In this document: positions 28,313 to 38,240 of the stretch, piece after piece
How positions within the stretch are numbered: the first letter of the stretch is position 1
How the letters are laid out: the number at the start of each line of letters is the position of its first letter
Source of the DNA: a virus
Lineage: Duplodnaviria; Caudoviricetes
Strand: one strand, 5' to 3'
Virus record (IMG/VR): IMGVR_UViG_2974541498_000001
Coordinates: 72,609-136,608 of that record
Length of the DNA stretch: 64,000 nucleotides
Position numbers and translations under genes: made by a program
Notes under the pieces: generated by a model
What the model was told of the DNA's origin: nothing
The model's database searches: none
The model's input: the letters and a program-made list of their open reading frames with translations, nothing else

Positions 28313-30586
28313 GTGAAGAACATTAGATTAGAAGTTTATCCAATGACAACGAAGTTAGTTGGTAGAAAAGAAGATTTAACTAAATATGCTGATCTAATTA
28401 GCGAAGATATAGATATTCCTGTTGATAACTATCAATTTAGTTTTTCTTATCAAAACTTTGGGGAAATACCTGTCAATCATTTTTATGATAAGAAAACTAA
28501 TACTTTTCCTACTGGTTTACTAGAGAGTGTAAAAGGGTTATTAAAAGCTAATAACTTAGAATATGAGGTAGTTGATAAGCGTCCTAAAGGATTATTTACT
28601 AGTGATGATTTATTAACGTCTCCTATAACTCTGGGAGGTCGGACAACAGAAGGAAAGTATGCCTATCAAATGGATGCTATTAATTCTATTATTAAATCTA
28701 ATGGGAAAGGTATACTAAACCTAAGTGTTGGTAGCGGCAAGTGCCTGCCGGTTGATACGTATTTATTAACAGATACAGGATATAAAACCATTAGGGATAT
28801 TTTAAATAATGAAGGACTAGAAGAAAGTAGCAATGAATCTATTCATACTGCCAAGAATACTATTTTAGTTAATCGCTATGGGGAAAATGAAAAAGTAGAT
28901 AAGATTACAATTAATGGTATTAAGCCAATTAATAAGGTTATTCTTAATTCTGGTATTTATGAAGAAATGACACCCAATCATCCCCTATTAGAATTTCGTC
29001 CTAGCGCTGATGGATTTGTTTGGGTTAAGTCTAGTGATATAAAAGTTGGAGATATTATAGTTACTAGGGATCATTGTAGAAATTTTGGGACTTTTAAAGA
29101 AGATAATAAAGAAACTATTTTAAAAAGCGATAAGATAAAGGAAAAATATAATCTTTCAACCGCCTATGATTTAGTTTTTGATGAAGTATCTTCAATTGAA
29201 TTTGTTGGATATCAAAGAACCTATGATGTAAGTATGCCAAAGACTCATAGCTTTATTGCTAATGGCATTGTAAATCATAATACTCTTTTATTCTCTGCAT
29301 TAGCTAAGATTGCTTTACCTCATCTAAATGATGGAGAACATATTCTGTTTTTTACTAGTTCTAAGGAAATATTTAAGCAAACGTTGAAAGAGCTAGAAGA
29401 TATGACCGGTCAAGAAATTGGTTATTATGCTTCTAAAAAGTATAAAGATCGTCCTATTATGGTAGTCATGTTGCAATCTGCTTATGCGTTATATAAAATT
29501 GATCCATATAAAGGATTAAAGTTAACTCCTAAAGATAGGGAGTTAAGAAAGATAAAGGATGTTATTCTACCGAAGATATCTAATGGAAATAGTATAAATG
29601 CTTTGAAAGCTTATTTAAGATTTATGAAGCTTGATACAAAAGTTGCTAAGAATTTCAAAGAAATGCTAGAAAATGAAATAGATACTTCCGGTAGTGATAA
29701 GGAGTTAGTAGATAAGCTGACAGCCTATGCTAATGAATTTGATGAGAGAATAGAAGATAAAGCAAAAGACTCTAAAGAAAAAAAGGATTTTATTGTAAAT
29801 CTACTAAATAGTGCCGTTTTTATCTGTAATGATGAATGTCAGCATTTGACAGCAGAATCCTATTATAAAGTAATATTAGCTTGTAAAAATGCTTTAGTAT
29901 GCGTAGGACTATCTGGAAGCTTAGACCCCAAAAACAAGCTATTGCAACAAAGGGTTAAAGCAATTTTTGAAAAGATTACTTACCGAGTAAAGTTAGTAGA
30001 TAATGTTAAGAGAGGCGTAAGTGTTAAGCCAATAATTCATATGTTATCTGTTAATTCGCCAAAGAATATTGCTAGTTTAAGAGAATGGCCGGAAGTTTAT
30101 GCTACGGGAATAGTTCATAATGAATATAGGAATAATCTAATTGCTAAACTCGTAGCCGAAAAAGCCTATCCTTCTGGTAGAGTTACTTTAATAATTGTTA
30201 ATCAAATAGATCATGGTAAGGATCTTCTAAAAAGATTAACTGATCTAGGAGTACCTGCGGTGTTTATTTATGGTCAATCAGAAGATGAATATAGAAGAAA
30301 GTCTATTCAAGCTATGAGAGATAATAAAGTAAAAGTTGCAATTGCCACATCTATTCTAGATGAAGGTGTTGACGTAAAAACTATTAAAGTTTTGATATTA
30401 GCGGCGGCAGGTAAATCTTATCGAACAACTATTCAAAGGATTGGGCGTAGTGTTCGTTTAGGTGAATTTAATGATGCACATATCTTTGACTTCTTTGATA
30501 ATCAAAACTATATGTTATCACGTCAATCGTTAGAGAGAATGAACATATATAAGGAGCAACAATTAGAAATTAAAGAAAACAAGTAA
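28313..30586 (+). CDS. SF2 (UvsW-like) DNA helicase containing an intein
   Basis: Walker A GSGK/T split by intein; DECQH, LSGS, ILDEGVD, QRIGR motifs. Confidence 0.9.
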   Translation: MKNIRLEVYPMTTKLVGRKEDLTKYADLISEDIDIPVDNYQFSFSYQNFGEIPVNHFYDKKTNTFPTGLLESVKGLLKANNLEYEVVDKRPKGLFTSDDLLTSPITLGGRTTEGKYAYQMDAINSIIKSNGKGILNLSVGSGKCLPVDTYLLTDTGYKTIRDILNNEGLEESSNESIHTAKNTILVNRYGENEKVDKITINGIKPINKVILNSGIYEEMTPNHPLLEFRPSADGFVWVKSSDIKVGDIIVTRDHCRNFGTFKEDNKETILKSDKIKEKYNLSTAYDLVFDEVSSIEFVGYQRTYDVSMPKTHSFIANGIVNHNTLLFSALAKIALPHLNDGEHILFFTSSKEIFKQTLKELEDMTGQEIGYYASKKYKDRPIMVVMLQSAYALYKIDPYKGLKLTPKDRELRKIKDVILPKISNGNSINALKAYLRFMKLDTKVAKNFKEMLENEIDTSGSDKELVDKLTAYANEFDERIEDKAKDSKEKKDFIVNLLNSAVFICNDECQHLTAESYYKVILACKNALVCVGLSGSLDPKNKLLQQRVKAIFEKITYRVKLVDNVKRGVSVKPIIHMLSVNSPKNIASLREWPEVYATGIVHNEYRNNLIAKLVAEKAYPSGRVTLIIVNQIDHGKDLLKRLTDLGVPAVFIYGQSEDEYRRKSIQAMRDNKVKVAIATSILDEGVDVKTIKVLILAAAGKSYRTTIQRIGRSVRLGEFNDAHIFDFFDNQNYMLSRQSLERMNIYKEQQLEIKENK
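28742..29281 (+). mobile_element. Mini-intein, 180 aa, no homing endonuclease
   Basis: Starts CLPVDT after GSGK; TPNHP block B; ends TYDVSMPKTHSFIANGIVNHN followed by Thr; no LAGLIDADG motif. Confidence 0.92.
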
Positions 30587-30591
30587 TTATA

Positions 30592-30621
30592 GCGGGTAGC
30601 CCTTGATAAGCTACCCGTTTT
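30592..30621 (+). terminator. Rho-independent terminator
   Basis: gcgggtagc...gctacccgtttt. Confidence 0.75.
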
Positions 30622-30654
30622 GTATTATACTAATAAAAGGAAGGGGACAAACAT

Positions 30655-31470
30655 ATGGGTTTAGATAGTTTTTTAGAGGATATGCCAAAATCGGGCTTCA
30701 GCCCCTTCTTACGGCCTATTAAAGATAATAGGTATAATGACATTAAAAAGGATGTAGAGGCCCTCTATCGTCCTGTATTAGACGTTAAACGGTATCCTAG
30801 GGAGTTACCCCTGATTTACATGTTTGATAATGTAATTAACTTGAGAAAACGTAATAACGGAATCTGGTATAACAAAAAAGTTTTATATCAGAGCTGGGAT
30901 AACTTTAGTAAATTGAATATTTTATTAGAAAATTACAATATTAAACCAAGTAATTTTTTATCTAATTTATTTTGGATGGCAGAGAATAAACAATATCCTG
31001 CAACCTATAATAGAAAATTAGGGTATTACGTACCTGATATTACTATGTGGGAAAAGGTTTTAGAAAATATGTCAAGATATAAGAAAAGCGTATTTTTTAA
31101 CTCTCTTAATAAGTTCACTATAATCAGCGGATGGGAAGATGTTTATTTTGAGGAATCTTTTAACATAAATACCTATGATGAAAATATATCTTTATTTGTT
31201 AATAGGATGACATCTTTAAATGATTATAAAATGTTTGATAGAATTCCAGATAGATCCTTAAATGAAGATGAGAAAAAATATATTTTATTATACTTGTGGA
31301 ATTATAGTGATTCTATGAAAATAACTAGCAATTATTTTAGGGATTTATCGGGTATTTATGGTACTGGAAAGCAAGAAACCTTATTAGGATACATCTTAGG
31401 ATATCATATTAACTTAGAAAATATAAATTTAAACAGTATAGAGGATGATATTAATGGAAGAGACAGTTAA
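30655..31470 (+). CDS. Hypothetical protein (possible helicase loader by position)
   Basis: Between the two helicases; no recognisable motif. Confidence 0.4.
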   Translation: MGLDSFLEDMPKSGFSPFLRPIKDNRYNDIKKDVEALYRPVLDVKRYPRELPLIYMFDNVINLRKRNNGIWYNKKVLYQSWDNFSKLNILLENYNIKPSNFLSNLFWMAENKQYPATYNRKLGYYVPDITMWEKVLENMSRYKKSVFFNSLNKFTIISGWEDVYFEESFNINTYDENISLFVNRMTSLNDYKMFDRIPDRSLNEDEKKYILLYLWNYSDSMKITSNYFRDLSGIYGTGKQETLLGYILGYHINLENINLNSIEDDINGRDS

Positions 31471-32935
31471 GCAAGTTATCTATCGAAGTTTTATGGATAA
31501 TACTTATGCAAAAAGAATTAGCTCATTGCCTTTAACAGAAGATTATTTCTCTAAAGAAGTTATTCCTATTGTTAAGGTTATTAATTCACATTATCGAAAA
31601 GAAGATACACCTATTTCTGGTGAAGCAATTAATCTTGATCTAGAAAAGTCATTATCAGATAATAAAAATTATAGTGAAGAAGATATTAAAGAAATTATGA
31701 GTAAAGTTTCTGATATATCTTTGCTATCAACCTATAAAAATTATAATAATGACCAGCCAATTAAAGAGAATACAGATTCTTGGTTAAGAAAAAAGCTTGC
31801 CATGAATACTTTAACAAGAACATTATCTAATCGGTCATTAGATGATAAAGATACTATTGATTATCTTGTTAATGACTTAATGGATATTTCTTCTATTGGT
31901 GAGGACTCTGAGATTATTCATGCACAAGATCTAGTAGGTGAAGAGAATGTACAGCCTATTCATGATACTATTGAAGACAGTGTTAAAGGTTCTATTTCTC
32001 TTGGTATACCAGAGTTAGATGCGGTAATGTCTGGGGGGTTAAAGCGTAAGGAACTTGGAATGGTTGTTGCTAAAAGTGGTGGTGGTAAAACAACCTTCTT
32101 ACTCAACTTATCCTGTAATCTAATAGCTGATAAGAGGAATGTTGTTTACTTAGAATTAGAAGAAAACGATGGGACTATGTTTGCTAAAGGATTATCTATG
32201 TTAAATAGAAAAAATGTTAAAGATCTTTTTACTGACAATGGGGAGGGATTAAATGAATTTGCTTTTAATGACCTTATGAAAAATATAAAAAAAGGTAGTG
32301 ATCTTGGAAGATTAGGCCAATTTACATTATGGACGGCAGAATCTTACACAGTAACTTTATCTGCTATTGAAAAGAAGTTGCAGAAGTATTATCAGGACAA
32401 AGGATTTTACCCAGATATGCTAATAATTGACTATCCGGAGCTATTAAAAAATGATTATATTAATAGTGGTGTCCGAGAAGAACATGCGACAGAAATGCTT
32501 ACTCATTCTATTCGTGATTTAGCAAAAAAATATAATATGATTTCTTTCATTGCTAGTCAAGCGAACAGATTCGCTTATAGTCAAGTTACTATAAAAGAAG
32601 ATGGAATAGAAGGAGCTAAGGCAAAGATTAACCCAACAGAATTATCTATTAGTGTTAATCATAATGCAGAAGAAAGAGCCGCCGGATTCACTAGATTGTA
32701 TATTATGAAGGCACGTAATCGAGACGAAAATTTCCCTGATGATGGTATAATTAGATTAAAGACGGATAAATCGAGTGGTAGATTAAATTCAGAAAGTGCT
32801 GAAGAAAAGAAAGAACATCAGAAAATAATTGATGAGATGGGAACTGCCTTTGACACAAACTCAGCTAAGACTAATAACAAAATGAGTTATGAACTAACTG
32901 AGCAGCAATTAGATAAGAAGAGGAATAAATTGTGA
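31445..32935 (+). CDS. DnaB-like replicative helicase
   Basis: GGLKRKELG...AKSGGGKT, YLELEE, IIDY, ASQANR, KARNR. Confidence 0.9.
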   Translation: MILMEETVKQVIYRSFMDNTYAKRISSLPLTEDYFSKEVIPIVKVINSHYRKEDTPISGEAINLDLEKSLSDNKNYSEEDIKEIMSKVSDISLLSTYKNYNNDQPIKENTDSWLRKKLAMNTLTRTLSNRSLDDKDTIDYLVNDLMDISSIGEDSEIIHAQDLVGEENVQPIHDTIEDSVKGSISLGIPELDAVMSGGLKRKELGMVVAKSGGGKTTFLLNLSCNLIADKRNVVYLELEENDGTMFAKGLSMLNRKNVKDLFTDNGEGLNEFAFNDLMKNIKKGSDLGRLGQFTLWTAESYTVTLSAIEKKLQKYYQDKGFYPDMLIIDYPELLKNDYINSGVREEHATEMLTHSIRDLAKKYNMISFIASQANRFAYSQVTIKEDGIEGAKAKINPTELSISVNHNAEERAAGFTRLYIMKARNRDENFPDDGIIRLKTDKSSGRLNSESAEEKKEHQKIIDEMGTAFDTNSAKTNNKMSYELTEQQLDKKRNKL

Positions 32936-33954
32936 GAAAATATATAACATCCCCAAATAGTAATCAATTCTCTTATGATGGCGCTGTGAAGCCTAGGCTA
33001 GATACTGCGAATACTCTAGTTAGCTTAGGGTATGAAAAGATAAATTTTAATATGTATGGTAGAATAGAAACAGGATCAAATGAATATAAAGAAATAACGA
33101 AACAGTTGGATTCCTTAAAAACTGGGGATTTAGTTATTCAGCAAGTTCCTAGCTATTGTAGCAATGAATTTGATAAGTATCTTAGTAGATATATTATAGA
33201 AAAGGGTGCCTATTCAGTTGCTTTAGTACATGATGTAGATACTCTTAGAGGATTCTATCCTAACTTTGATTCAGAAAGGATAGTATTTAATTCTTATGAC
33301 TTGTTAGTAGTTGCTAGTGATAAGCTAAAGAAATATTTAATAGATTCTGGGATAACTACTAAAATAATTATTCGAGGTCCTTGGGACTACCTGCAAAATT
33401 TACCATATAGAAACCATAAGATAATTAATAATATCTATTATGCGGGTAACTTATCTAAGAGAAAAGCAGGATTCTTAGAAACTTTTAATAAAAATACTGG
33501 TCTAGTTGTAACAGTTTGTGGTAATATAAATAATAGTAAGGATTATATTGATACAAGTTTGGTAGATTATTTAGGCCCGGTTAATCCTAATAGTATCTCG
33601 TTCTCTGCTGGATGGGGATTAATTTGGGATAATGAAAATGATGATTCCGATAATTACTACCATACCTATCAGGAGTACAATTGGCCGGCTAAGCTTTCTG
33701 TCTATTTAAGAAGTGGAATCCCTGTTATTGTGTCAAAAAAGGCGCAGACTTACTCATATATTAAAGATAATCATTTAGGAATTGGGATAGATGATATTAA
33801 AGATATTCCTATTTGTTTAAATAAGTTATCTGAAAATGATAAGATGCTTATTATGAGTAGTTGTTTTCAAGAGGCTAATAAAATAGGGAATGGTTATTAT
33901 GCAAAACAAATGTCAAACAATATATTAAAAGAACTAGATATTGAAGGGAACTGA
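32932..33954 (+). CDS. GT-B glycosyltransferase, Gtf3/WbbI-like
   Basis: KPR.D, HDV..LR, WDYL, YAGNL, GLIWD, Y..YNWPAKLSVYL.SG.PVIV motifs of the Gtf3/beta-1,6-galactofuranosyltransferase group. Confidence 0.8.
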   Translation: MRKYITSPNSNQFSYDGAVKPRLDTANTLVSLGYEKINFNMYGRIETGSNEYKEITKQLDSLKTGDLVIQQVPSYCSNEFDKYLSRYIIEKGAYSVALVHDVDTLRGFYPNFDSERIVFNSYDLLVVASDKLKKYLIDSGITTKIIIRGPWDYLQNLPYRNHKIINNIYYAGNLSKRKAGFLETFNKNTGLVVTVCGNINNSKDYIDTSLVDYLGPVNPNSISFSAGWGLIWDNENDDSDNYYHTYQEYNWPAKLSVYLRSGIPVIVSKKAQTYSYIKDNHLGIGIDDIKDIPICLNKLSENDKMLIMSSCFQEANKIGNGYYAKQMSNNILKELDIEGN

Positions 33955-33956
33955 TT

Positions 33957-34694
33957 ATGATTATTACATTAGCAGGAATGATTGGTAGCGGTAAATCTAC
34001 CTTAACAACTATTTTGTCAGATTATTTGGGGACACCCGCTTATTATGAGTCAGTTACAGATAATCCTATTTTAAAGCTATTTTATAAAGATCCTAAGAGA
34101 TACGCTTTTTTATTACAAGTATATTTTCTTAATACAAGATTTAGTTCTATGAAGCAAGCGTTAAAGACTAATAATAGTATTATGGATAGAAGCATTTATG
34201 AAGATTCTCTATTTTTCCATACTAATGCAAGTTTAGGTAGAGTTGGTGTTGGAGATGATTCTAAGAATCAAGTTTCTGTTTATGATAACTTGTTAGACAA
34301 TATGCTAGAAGAAATCAAGGGAATGCCAAAGAAGTCCCCAGATTTAATGATAGGTATTAAGGTATCCTATGAAACAATGATTAAACGTATTAATTTACGT
34401 GGAAGATCATTTGAACAGCCTAAGAATGACCCCGGTTTAGTTAGCTATTATAATCGACTGTTGGATGAATATGAAAAGTTCTTTAATGGTGGATATAATG
34501 CATCCCCTATTTTGATTATTGATGGAGATAAGTATGATTTTGTAGATAATGAAGAAGATCGAGAAGAAGTTCTTAATCAAATTTCAGATAAAATGAAGTC
34601 TATGGGATTACTTGATAGCTCATTCATTGGTAAGGAATATTCTAGAAATCAAGTAGATAGTATGTTGAATAATGTTAAAGAAATAATTGTCTAA
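33957..34694 (+). CDS. Deoxynucleoside kinase
   Basis: GMIGSGKST, LQ.YFL..RF, DRSIYED, RGRSFE. Confidence 0.93.
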   Translation: MIITLAGMIGSGKSTLTTILSDYLGTPAYYESVTDNPILKLFYKDPKRYAFLLQVYFLNTRFSSMKQALKTNNSIMDRSIYEDSLFFHTNASLGRVGVGDDSKNQVSVYDNLLDNMLEEIKGMPKKSPDLMIGIKVSYETMIKRINLRGRSFEQPKNDPGLVSYYNRLLDEYEKFFNGGYNASPILIIDGDKYDFVDNEEDREEVLNQISDKMKSMGLLDSSFIGKEYSRNQVDSMLNNVKEIIV

Positions 34695-34698
34695 GTAG

Positions 34699-35739
34699 GT
34701 GATAGCTATTAGTAACGAAATTATGCTTTTTACAGACTTTCATGCATACTCTGGATTTACAGAATTCTCTGACTCCGATAAAGAATATAAGAATTCTAGA
34801 TTTAGAAATCAATGTGAAGTATTAGATGGAATCCTTAATACTGCTGAAAAAGAAAATATTCCTGTTATTTTTGGAGGAGATTTATTTCATGTTCGTCAAA
34901 AGGTAGATATATTTGATTTTAATAATATTTTTAGGATATTTGCTAATCATCCTAAAGTTGAAGTTTATTTACTAAGAGGAAATCATGATTCCATTAATAA
35001 TCTTATGGGTTCTCCATCTTCTATAGACTCTTTTAATTTCTTACCTAATGTAAAAGTTATCACTAATCCAGAAAAGATTAATATTAATCATGTAAATGTG
35101 TTCTTCATGCCTTATGGAGAAGATAAAGATTTTATTAGGAATAAGTTAAAAGAATTTTCTGATACTGCTAATAGGCAAGGTAATCAGTCATTATTAGTAG
35201 GTCACTTAGGAATTAACGGTGCAGAATTAATGGGAACTAAAGCCGAAGGCGAGTTTAACGCAGGAGACTTTTATCCAGATATATTTGACTTTATCTATAT
35301 GGGACATTATCATAAGAGACAAAGGATTAATGGATTAGATACATTTATCTATGGTGGAAGCACTATTCAAAATACCTTTAGTGATGCGGGTCAAGATAAA
35401 GGATACGATATTTTATCCTTTGATGGTAATACAGTATATGATAAATTTATTACAAGTTCTTCTCCAAAGTTTTTTACCTTTAGTAATTATGATGATACAG
35501 TAAAGGAAGTAATTGATAGAGGAAACTTTGTTAGAATTAATGCCCCCGAAGAAGAGGTTAAAAAAATAGCGCTATCGGAAGATGATGAAAGTAAAGTAAG
35601 AATTTCTCCAATAAAAAATTTTGATGTAAATTCTAGATTAGATATTTCCCCGGACGATTCAGTTACTGAGGTAGTTGCTAAGTTTCTTAAAGATAAAGGA
35701 ATAGACGCGTTAGAAGAAGCGAAAGAGGTTTTGCCATAA
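34699..35739 (+). CDS. sbcD: SbcD/Mre11-like recombination nuclease
   Basis: TDFH, GGDLF, GNHD, GH, GHYH metallophosphoesterase motifs; paired with SbcC. Confidence 0.88.
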   Translation: MIAISNEIMLFTDFHAYSGFTEFSDSDKEYKNSRFRNQCEVLDGILNTAEKENIPVIFGGDLFHVRQKVDIFDFNNIFRIFANHPKVEVYLLRGNHDSINNLMGSPSSIDSFNFLPNVKVITNPEKININHVNVFFMPYGEDKDFIRNKLKEFSDTANRQGNQSLLVGHLGINGAELMGTKAEGEFNAGDFYPDIFDFIYMGHYHKRQRINGLDTFIYGGSTIQNTFSDAGQDKGYDILSFDGNTVYDKFITSSSPKFFTFSNYDDTVKEVIDRGNFVRINAPEEEVKKIALSEDDESKVRISPIKNFDVNSRLDISPDDSVTEVVAKFLKDKGIDALEEAKEVLP

Positions 35740-36254
35740 TGAACATTGATAATACAGTAACATATGATTTTGATAATTCAATTGTAGCCATGAATAAGAT
35801 TTTAGCTAATCTGCATGTTTTGTGGATTAAAACGCATCAAGCACATTGGTATTTAATTAGTGGATCTGAGGGAATGACCGATTTTCTTATCTTGCATGAT
35901 TGGTTAGATAAGCCATTAGATTTCTTACTAGATATGATTGATGATGTAGCAGAAAGAATTGTAATGATTAATGGAAGACCAGTTTCTACTACATCAGATA
36001 TTTCGTTATTATCCAGTATTAGTGAAGAGAAAATTGATCTATTAGAATATAGCTCGGATTCCCTTTTAAACAGAACTGTTAATGACTTTAGATTATTACG
36101 AAACGAAATAGCTAATTCCATTAAAGTTCTCGATGACGATGGGGATGTATCCGATAGCAATAAGCTACAAGATGATTTAAGCCAAATCAATAAGTATATT
36201 TGGTTTATGCAAGCTACCCTAGGAAGAACAACCTTAGATAGTAACCTACAATAA
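35739..36254 (+). CDS. dps: Dps family ferritin-like DNA-protection protein
   Basis: KTHQAHW..G..F..LH..LD......D.VAERI..I.G.P ferroxidase signature; K.IWF end. Confidence 0.9.
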   Translation: MNIDNTVTYDFDNSIVAMNKILANLHVLWIKTHQAHWYLISGSEGMTDFLILHDWLDKPLDFLLDMIDDVAERIVMINGRPVSTTSDISLLSSISEEKIDLLEYSSDSLLNRTVNDFRLLRNEIANSIKVLDDDGDVSDSNKLQDDLSQINKYIWFMQATLGRTTLDSNLQ

Positions 36255-36280
36255 CAATAATTACAAATAAATAATACCAT

Positions 36281-36308
36281 AAATAGCCGACTAACTATCG
36301 GCTATTTT
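36281..36308 (+). terminator. Rho-independent terminator after dps
   Basis: aaatagccga-ctaacta-tcggctatttt. Confidence 0.8.
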
Positions 36309-36310
36309 CC

Positions 36311-36339
36311 TTGCATAAAATAAAAATTAATGCTATAAT
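36311..36339 (+). promoter_or_regulatory. SigmaA-type promoter for sbcC
   Basis: TTGCAT-17 bp-TATAAT with TG extension. Confidence 0.7.
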
Positions 36340-36363
36340 TAATAGCATAGAGGGGGCGTTTGC

Positions 36364-38238
36364 TTGATTAAGTATAAAAATGTGGAAGCCAATAATTTTC
36401 TAAGCTATAATCATTTTAAGCTAGATCTAGATAATCAAGGATTAGTATTAATAGAAGGACTAAATAATTCTGATAATTCTTTTAAAAGCAATGGTAGTGG
36501 AAAAACCTCTGCATTATCAGCAATAACTTATGCCTTATATGGAATAACCTTGAACAACACTAAAGGTAATGATGTTATTAATCGACAAGAAGGGAAAAAT
36601 TGCTGGGTAAAGTTGACCTTTGAATCTGGCAAGGATACATTCATTATTGAAAGATATAGAAAAGATAAGGAAAATAAAAATAAAGTAAAGATATTTGCTA
36701 ATGGTGAAGAGATAACCGAGTCTAGTAATGCTAAAACTGATGTAACTATTAACAAATTGATTGGTGTAGACTTTGATACTTATGTAAACGCTATTGTTTA
36801 CAGTAATAATTTTTCTGATAAATCTTTTATGCAAGCGACCGATAAAGGTAAAAAGGAAATTTTGGAATCGTTAGCTAACGCTACTATATATTCAACAGCT
36901 AAGGAAAACTCTATTGATAAGCGAAAAGAACTAGAAGATCTTATTAAAGATAATGAAAACAGATTGTATAAGATTAATACAGATATTGATAAAGAAAACG
37001 ACTTGTTTAATTACAAAGTTTCTGAATACAATAAAAGTATTAATAGCAAGGATTCTCTAAAGTCTTCTTTAAAAGATAAAGAAAAAGAGTATGATAGTTT
37101 TCATGAGAATAGTCAAGACGAGTTAAAAAGTCTTTCTGATAAAAAATCTAAGATATTAAAGTCTTTTAATCAATATAAGCTAGCTATTAGTGAAAAGAAT
37201 AGTATTAAGAATAGTATAAATTCTGAAAAAATGACTATCAATAATTTAAAATCACAATATTCTCAATATCTTGAATTGTATAATGAAGAAATAAAAAAGT
37301 ATAAAAATCTTAATAGTTCCCCCTATTGTTATGTTTGTGGGGCTAAGCTAGATGAAGTTCATCTTAAAAATGAACAAGATATTATTGCTAAAAAAGGTAA
37401 AGAGTATCATTCTAAGCTAGATAATATTAAGAATGCGGCCTATACTTCTAATAGCAAATTAAAGGATCTAGAAGAAAAGTATAATAATTATATAATTGAT
37501 GATAAAGATTATAGCAGTGAATTGAATAGTATAGATAGTAAGGTTAATAAAATAAACTTGACTGAGTCAAACATTTCATCTAGCATAAATGCTTTAAAGG
37601 CTTCTATTAGCAATCTTATGCTAGTTAAACCAGAGAAAGATGTTGCTAAGCTATCTGATTTAGAAAAGGAAAAGAATAACCTAACTAATAAGAATAAGGA
37701 TTTAAATATTCGTAGAGACAAGTTTGACATATTAGCTAAGAGAGTGTTTAGTGATAATGGGATAAAGTCTTATCTAATGGATATGATTACTCCTTTTATT
37801 AATACACATGCTAATAACTATTTAACTAGGTTGACTAACGGAGATATATCCATAGAGCTACAAACGCAGACGGAAACAAAATCCGGGGATCTTAGAGATA
37901 AAATGGATGTTATTGTCACTAGTAAAACTGGAGCGGATAATTATGATAGTTGTTCTGCTGGAGAAAAGAAGCGCATAGAATTAGCTATGGCCTTCGCTAT
38001 CCAAGATTTACTATTAAGCCAATCCAATTTAAGTGTTAACACGGCAATCTATGATGAATGTTTTGATGGACTTGATTCAATTGGTTGTGAGAATGTTATA
38101 GATATTTTAAAGGATAAGCAAAAGCAGTTAGGTAGTATTTATGTAATCAGTCACAATGAATACTTGAAACCATTATTTAACCATGTTATTACTGTTGAGA
38201 AGGACAAAAATGGAATAAGTAAAATAAAGGAAAATTAA
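36364..38238 (+). CDS. sbcC: SbcC/Rad50-like ATPase
   Basis: NGSGKT, coiled coil with CYVC hook, SAGEKKR, DECFDGLD, ISH. Confidence 0.92.
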   Translation: MIKYKNVEANNFLSYNHFKLDLDNQGLVLIEGLNNSDNSFKSNGSGKTSALSAITYALYGITLNNTKGNDVINRQEGKNCWVKLTFESGKDTFIIERYRKDKENKNKVKIFANGEEITESSNAKTDVTINKLIGVDFDTYVNAIVYSNNFSDKSFMQATDKGKKEILESLANATIYSTAKENSIDKRKELEDLIKDNENRLYKINTDIDKENDLFNYKVSEYNKSINSKDSLKSSLKDKEKEYDSFHENSQDELKSLSDKKSKILKSFNQYKLAISEKNSIKNSINSEKMTINNLKSQYSQYLELYNEEIKKYKNLNSSPYCYVCGAKLDEVHLKNEQDIIAKKGKEYHSKLDNIKNAAYTSNSKLKDLEEKYNNYIIDDKDYSSELNSIDSKVNKINLTESNISSSINALKASISNLMLVKPEKDVAKLSDLEKEKNNLTNKNKDLNIRRDKFDILAKRVFSDNGIKSYLMDMITPFINTHANNYLTRLTNGDISIELQTQTETKSGDLRDKMDVIVTSKTGADNYDSCSAGEKKRIELAMAFAIQDLLLSQSNLSVNTAIYDECFDGLDSIGCENVIDILKDKQKQLGSIYVISHNEYLKPLFNHVITVEKDKNGISKIKEN

Positions 38239-38240
38239 AG

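Noticed and set aside
32932-34694. Hypermodified-base pathway (GT plus kinase)
   Set aside because: No dCMP/dUMP hydroxymethylase, TET/JBP or preQ0 genes in the window, and the GT resembles Gtf3/WbbI rather than T4 AGT/BGT; kept only as a minor alternative.
35837-36280. Reverse or nested ORFs from the track (e.g. 35837-36280, 40494-40964, 2057-2299, 17609-17914, 59613-59966)
   Set aside because: They overlap well-supported forward genes and lack RBS or motifs.
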